Under the pieces are notes generated by a model, which searched no databases, had not been told where the DNA came from, and saw only the letters and a program-made list of their open reading frames with translations. From positions 930,001-994,000 of the forward strand of contig AP026127.1 in NCBI GenBank assembly GCA_030295235.1: 64,000 nucleotides of DNA. The letters run 5' to 3'. Shown here piece by piece: positions 58,160 through 64,000 of the stretch; positions within the stretch are counted from its first letter, which is position 1, and every line of letters starts with the position of its first letter. The stretch is from Fistulifera solaris. Taxonomy: Eukaryota. Position numbers and translations under genes: made by a program.

Positions 58160-58465
58160 ATTACTTGCTCTTGACCCGATGGCTTTCCGAGAACCTTTTA
58201 GATATTCGATAATATATGTTAGTAAGTTTGCAGTCGTCATTTAGTCAACAGCTATGCAATTGAAAGGCTAGACATAAAATGGAGCGACAAAAGAACGAAG
58301 GGGGCATCATCCTTAACTCCAATGCACCGCCAGAAAAACATGCTGCGAAAGACATGCGAAACAAAAGATTTTTGCTGTTACTGCCTTTGATTCCCTTCTT
58401 CGTGCATCATCCATTTAATTTTGAGAAACTACGTTATTTCTCACCCTCTCTGTTGTTCGCGAATA

Positions 58466-59729
58466 ATGGCTTTCCCAGCCGAAATCAATAGCGTCTTTGA
58501 CGTTGACGCTGTATCGCAAAGAAATACTTTAAGACGCTGTCCACCTTTCCTGCCTCGCACACTTCATCGACGCTTTCCTGCCCAGAATACAGTTCCGCAT
58601 TCTTTGACAGTTCACCTAGCTACGATAAAGGACCACAAGAGCGTGGTGGAGACACGCTCTTACCAGCGAAAGAGCGATATTCGGTGCACGCTTTGCTCTA
58701 CTCGACCACTTGTGAGTACCAATCGAATTCATCTTATCATTGTTATTGGCCTTAGAAGTCACTTATTCTTTGCCTCAGATGAAAGACAGGCAAGCCTTCT
58801 GGATTCATTGTGCTCGAAAGCATTTAGAATTCAACCCGGACTTAATCAGGTTAAGTGACGGGAATGTAAGTTCGCTTTCCCATGGCGAGGCCAATCTACC
58901 GCTTTTCTTTCACTCAACATTTAGTGGTTTATCTTTCGCTCTTGTCGACCTCAGGTTCGTTTACTTCTTAACCAAAAGAGAAGAGTGTGCGATGACGCCT
59001 TACACCCAAACGAAGGTATCCTCGAGATGAGCTGTCTCCTTTATTGTCGCGATGTGCGCTTGAATCAGTTAGCTGCAATGAAGCCACCGAACAGGGTCAA
59101 CCTGCCAAAGCGTATTTACTACGACTCAGTCTTTAAGGTTCCTCGATCTGACGCTGTGTGGCTAGTCGATGTAGATAGCGACGATGAAGCTAGGGATCAT
59201 ATAAGCTCCCTCGAGGACACGGAAGCTGTACGTGAAAAGATCTATGTGTTGAGTCGACCGTGTGCGGCTTAAACTCACTCTCTCACTTAAACAGGAAATC
59301 AATGATTTCACCGATGTTACTCCGGGGCAGAAACGTTTCATGAAATTGTGGAATCATTTTCTAGCCCATCGAAGTGATGGTGTTACACCCGCCCCGAAGC
59401 AGCTGCCTTCGCTTTGTGTGGATTTTGCGCGGTACTTTGCACAGTGTAGCACGTGCAATGATGATGAAGAGCAATTCATCCGTTGCTTACTCAATCTCAT
59501 GGATGAAAACTATTTGGGAGCCCTGCAAGCGGGTGAAATCATTGCCGTGTATCGTCGAGCGCGAAAAGTGTCCTTACGAGAGAATGCACCCGAGACAGAA
59601 TCCTCCTCTTTGTCCCTACCTACTCGGTCGGCATCAAAACAATTTTCGAACGTGGAATACAGCGACTCATATGCAGCTGACGAGTCGGAGTCACAAATAT
59701 CATCAGAATCGCGAGAGCGAAGAGCCTAA
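58466..59729 (+). CDS. SUZ12: SUZ12/EMF2-like VEFS-box Polycomb (PRC2) subunit, multi-exon
   Basis: PPFLPRTL motif, a C2H2-like finger split by an intron (CTLC...HCARKH), and a VEFS-like box RIYYDS..VDSDDE..INDFTDVTPGQKRFMKLWNHF. Confidence 0.7.
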
Positions 59730-60772
59730 TGCATGAGTTTGCGGAAAGTACAAACAACTATGCAAAATCGCGTCTAGAGGAGTTATGAGCTTTCAGCTTG
59801 TTTAGGATCAATTGTATCCTTTTATGCCTAAAGCCATTTCAAGCAATCGCCATAACGTGGGATGTATTCATCATACACAGAATGCTAAAACAGTCGTGCA
59901 TCTGCAATCTTTCTAAAGATAATGAAAGTTTATTGTTTCGAACTAAATTAGTCTATGCTATGTTTCCGCTATGCTTATAATTGTGTCTGTTGTGTCAATT
60001 AAATGGAACAAAGACGGGCGGCGACTACGCTGGGAGCGGCTCTCGTCTATGAAGAAATTAAATGTGGAAAACCAGTATGGCCTTCTGATCAATCAACGTC
60101 GTGAACCTGCTCGTGACCTTCGGCTATCCTACCGCCGCAGACAAACTAAATATTCACTTGCGAGTATAGGCAATACACCTTTGTGCCTTGGAAATCTATT
60201 CGTATCACGAACCGCGGAATGTGGCGACCAATATCGGCGACCATCAGCATCAGTGCTATTGGATAGAACGCTATCTCTGTAAATCATGTTGCGCCTCGCC
60301 GTTGTGGTGTCAATACTCTCATTCAATTTACTCTTAAGATTTCTTGAGCTGGTTTTCGGCTTTTGTCTCTCCTAATGGCTTTCTGCTATCGTGGCTTTAG
60401 TCAATTGCCGTCCCATTAATTTGTTACGGACTCTCTGGATGGAGCAACGCCTTCAAGCAAAGGCAGTGATCAACCCACTCAGTTCATAAAGTTTTAGTAG
60501 CCGATATCAATGAAGCATAGTCTTAGCAGTTGCAACACAGAAAGGTCTGAGAAAGGTGAAATCACCGGAATGACGACATTAATAATCGTCATCGACAGCC
60601 GAAGCGCTGATTATAACGGATGACACGTGCCTCTACATCTCCCGAATCCCTTTCCTCATTCTCAACTTCTTCACTCAACTTCTCCTTTAGATTATCTAAG
60701 CGCAAGCATGGGAGCCAGGATATTTCCTCCGATATATAGTAATAAGCTTTGTTGATGCGCGACAAAGCAAAA

Positions 60773-60952
60773 TCTATTTATAATAGCGCGCTGTGTCCGT
60801 GTGTGTGTGTGTGTGTGTGTCACGTAACGTAACGCGCTCCCGGGTGTCTGAATCACGAGTTTGACGCTATCCCCGGGGATCGAGCCCCCCGCTTGCGGGA
60901 AGGGCGAGAACGAAAAAAGCCCCCGCAGGGGCTAGACGCCGAAGGCGGCTAG
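60773..60952 (+). mobile_element. Non-autonomous mini-Helitron, copy 2
   Basis: A|TCTATTTATAATAG...(GT)n...GACGCCGAAGGCGGCTAG|T. The flanks are unrelated to those of copy 1 and there is no TSD. Confidence 0.85.
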
Positions 60953-60985
60953 TGAAAAATAATGAAGCCGTCGTCTCGAATTTTG

Positions 60986-61320
60986 CCTTACAATCCCCTT
61001 GCAAAAAGTCACGGATTTCACATAGTAAAATGGAAGAATTTTACATGGATTTTATTTAGCTGTCTGAAACCACTGCTGGACTATAATTAATTGTGTAGAG
61101 GGTAAACCATAAAGGGGAACTGGTTTTTCTCATTGGATTAAGGTTATCTGGCTTAAATGCTCGATAACCTTAATGCCTTCGAGGACACCAAATTCCCTTT
61201 ATGGTTATAAACTCGACACAATCACCTATAGTCCGACAATGGTTTTCGAATGAATGCTAAATAAAAACCATGTCGCTCTGCCAAGTGAAATCCGCAAAAT
61301 TTTGAAAGGGGATTGTAAGG
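60986..61320. mobile_element. Older MITE with imperfect TIRs of about 36 bp
   Basis: CCTTACAATCCCCTT..CGGATTTCAC paired with GTGAAATCCG..AAGGGGATTGTAAGG. Possible TA TSD at 60989 and 61316; the boundaries are uncertain. Confidence 0.7.
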
Positions 61321-61415
61321 AAAAAATCATCGAGCATCGAGCCCTTTGCGCCTTATGTTGCGCCTCATCGAAAATAGAAAATCACGATCAACCGCATAAC
61401 AAATAATTTGACACC

Positions 61416-62515
61416 ATGATGTTCCTAAGACCCCCACAAATTCGTCATATACAAAAGACAAATGGAGCAATCATTCGCGTGCGTTTGATGGGATCTTACA
61501 GTCGAATGCTGGACATGGGCGGAGTTCCCAGTAGCATGCACCAAAAAACTGGCAGCATCAACGCCAGCAAAAACTGCAAAGTGCAAGCCATCTGTTTCGA
61601 CTTTGGCACTTTGACAGGATCGATCTCCTTAAAAGAAAAGGAAGAAGTTGTTTCAGCAAAAGAGATTCGTGTCGGGAACGAAGAGCAACGTCAAGGGCTG
61701 GGGTCGATCATGCCGGATGTCGGAAAAGTCACACAAATAGCCGATATATTGAATGTGAAACTGGGAAACGAAGAAAGGATATCTTCGAATCGCACATTAT
61801 CTTCCAAGGAAGACGCGGATTTGTCCCGGCTGATGGAAGTCGATCCTTCAAACGAGACTAAAGTGGTTGAAAAGCAAACAAATCCTCTGCTACAATTCGA
61901 TGTCCGTTCAAAATACGCAGCCCGGTTGGCGAAAAAGGTGTAGGCTTAGCTGGAGTTGATCGCATGAAGCAGCAATTAGAAGACGAAAAATCAAATACGA
62001 GAGGAGACGCTGCTAGTCATTTTGTGGCACGAAAAATGGCAATGAGTGAGCCAGCGACGGCCGGTGGGGACAAGTGGATGGCTCTGACTGGTACGGGGAC
62101 ACTGTTGCAATATCTCACGCAAAGGTCGATGAAGATCTGCTTACTTCCAAGTCCTAAATCATTTAAAATAGTAAATACGGAAGAAGGAGATAGGATGGAA
62201 CAGATGAAGGCTCAGCTGAATGATGTAAATTTTCACTCATTAATCAAGACGGGTGGCGATGCTGAACAAGTTTTGCAAACTGCTTTGCGTGACCTTGCCT
62301 TGGACAGTCCTTTACGGATTCTCGTGGTTTCAGATCGGGATGAATACATTCGAGTCGCCAAAGAAAGTGGGCTGGTTACTTGTCGTATCATTCCGCCAAA
62401 TGCTCGTCGGGGTAACGTTTCGGCTCATTATTCTGTCTCCTCTGTCCCAGATGTGAAAGACGTAGTCGATGAAATCAATGGCATCTCATTCAACGCTGTA
62501 TTGCAAGGAAGATGA
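61416..62515 (+). CDS. HAD-like fold protein (homopolymer frameshift near 61935)
   Basis: Degenerate motif I (AICFDFGTL) and a motif IV-like ILVVSDRDEYIRVAKESGLVTC; two adjacent ORFs in shifted frames. Confidence 0.6.
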
Positions 62516-62552
62516 AAGCCTATTAACTAGTCCCTCGTTTTTATTAGCCGAA

Positions 62553-64000
62553 CTAAAATTTTTGTAAAACACGATCCCACCATTTCTTTGAAGTCATTTC
62601 TGTCAAGCGACTGATTGCTCTCCTGTAAGCATGAGGCTTGTCTCTACGCACACGCTCTACGTCTCCGATCAAAGCATCTGAGTCCATAGTCCATTCCTCG
62701 TTCAAATTTTGTGAAATGTTTCCAGTTGAGGGCACGGAAGCAAAAATATCGTTGGGTTTGACGACACTGGAGCAAAGCAGTGCTCCGCGCGCTTCGTATA
62801 ATTCGTCCATGAGTATGACAAAGCGTCTGGCCGGATCGATGTCACGCGTATCTGCAAGATCGAGTATCGGTATATCCTTGAGAACTAGAATCGGAAAGTG
62901 GCGAGCAATCGCGCGAAATTCCAAGGTACCATAATCGTTGTCGCGACATAATTCATCAAATGTAAATTGTCCTACCCCGGTTCCCTTGACAGTAATCAGT
63001 CGCTGGAAACCAACGTTGAGATCGACAGGCGTGGAAGGATCGGAGCTAAACTCTAAAAGTAGATTTTCCGTTATCAATTCCATTCGCTCCGCTTGACATT
63101 GAAGATTGTCATCGTCAGGAAGCAGATACATGCTCTCTTCGTTCAGCAGACTTGGCAAGGTCCGATAGTCCACATTCGAGTCCAAGTAATCAATGATACA
63201 ATGCCGTTGTAAAAGAGCCACGAATCGGGAAAAGAACATGTCGGTGCTACCTTGGTATGACGAAGACAAGTTATCCGGAGGCTGATTGGATGTAGCCACC
63301 ACGACCGTCCCCAAAGTGAGCAAGACTTCCAATAATTGCGTTAATATGTAGGCATTGCCAACATCGGTCACTTGTAGTTCATCCAGGCATAATACGGTTG
63401 TTTCATTTGCCATTTGTAACGCTACATGCTGTACAGGATTGCTGATGTACTCCTCGGGCCGAACAATGTCATGTTCATCCGGTGCGTCGTGATCGCTGAT
63501 TGTTCCATGCACCCGCGGTTGCTTCCGTACTTCGTGAATCCTTTGGTGTAGTTCGTTCATGAAGGAATGAAAATGGACGCGACGGCCTTTCTTTTCCCGC
63601 TGGTTATACAAATCAAAAAACGTATCCATTAACATGCTTTTTCCGGTCCCCACCGCTCCATGAAGATACAATCCGCGTGGTATTCGAGGGAGCATGGGTC
63701 TTGCTGTGTCGCTAGTAGATTGTTTTTGCACCTCCGGATCCATTTCTTCCTGTTTCTGCTGCTCGTTCCGTCGCTGCTCTATAATACGTTCAATTTGTGT
63801 CTGATGCCATGTTTCAATAATCGGCAAATTAGAGTACCCAGTCAATGCTTCCAGAAGTCGATCAAGCCGTTTCGCAGCTCTCAATTGAATTCGATCAGTG
63901 GATAGCTCCCCCAGCGCAACTCTTTCTTGTAGCTGATCAACTACGGAACCAAGAGGACGAAAACAGAATATTGAGGCATTGGACGGCGGAAGAGTTCGTT
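62553..64000 (-). CDS. AFG1/ZapE-like (LACE1) ATPase, 5' end outside the window
   Basis: RGLYLHGAVGTGKSMLMD, RVHFHSFM, LCLDELQVTD, VATSN.PP and ARRFVILMDELYE. The frame stays open upstream of 63884. Confidence 0.92.
   Translation of the reverse strand, partial: RTLPPSNASIFCFRPLGSVVDQLQERVALGELSTDRIQLRAAKRLDRLLEALTGYSNLPIIETWHQTQIERIIEQRRNEQQKQEEMDPEVQKQSTSDTARPMLPRIPRGLYLHGAVGTGKSMLMDTFFDLYNQREKKGRRVHFHSFMNELHQRIHEVRKQPRVHGTISDHDAPDEHDIVRPEEYISNPVQHVALQMANETTVLCLDELQVTDVGNAYILTQLLEVLLTLGTVVVATSNQPPDNLSSSYQGSTDMFFSRFVALLQRHCIIDYLDSNVDYRTLPSLLNEESMYLLPDDDNLQCQAERMELITENLLLEFSSDPSTPVDLNVGFQRLITVKGTGVGQFTFDELCRDNDYGTLEFRAIARHFPILVLKDIPILDLADTRDIDPARRFVILMDELYEARGALLCSSVVKPNDIFASVPSTGNISQNLNEEWTMDSDALIGDVERVRRDKPHAYRRAISRLTEMTSKKWWDRVLQKF

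Overview
Eukaryotic, gene-dense, intron-poor DNA. The gene content (CHASE-like cyclase-PDE fusion, bipartite plastid presequence, diatom-type SET and MYND families) points to a diatom, probably pennate; this is inference. Many genes, including the essential Pol epsilon gene, carry 1-bp homopolymer frameshifts that look like assembly errors. Core genes: IWR1-like, a complex I small subunit, COA3-like, GH16, guanylyl cyclase-PDE, TOP6B head-to-head with POLE, ABCF, GFAT, a RING E3, an acyl-CoA synthetase, SUZ12-like and an AFG1 ATPase. An accessory block at 32.9-45.1 kb holds a decaying MYND paralog array, a Mutator-type MITE, non-autonomous Helitrons and palindrome arrays. It also holds three tandem NMT1/THI5-like genes, each with a 3'-UTR TPP-riboswitch-like aptamer. 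All three aptamers share non-canonical changes on the pyrophosphate-binding side, and all three proteins share a pocket Glu-to-Gln change. A second highlight is a bacterial-type (type III) pantothenate kinase apparently fused to two Tudor-like domains and five AT-hooks.
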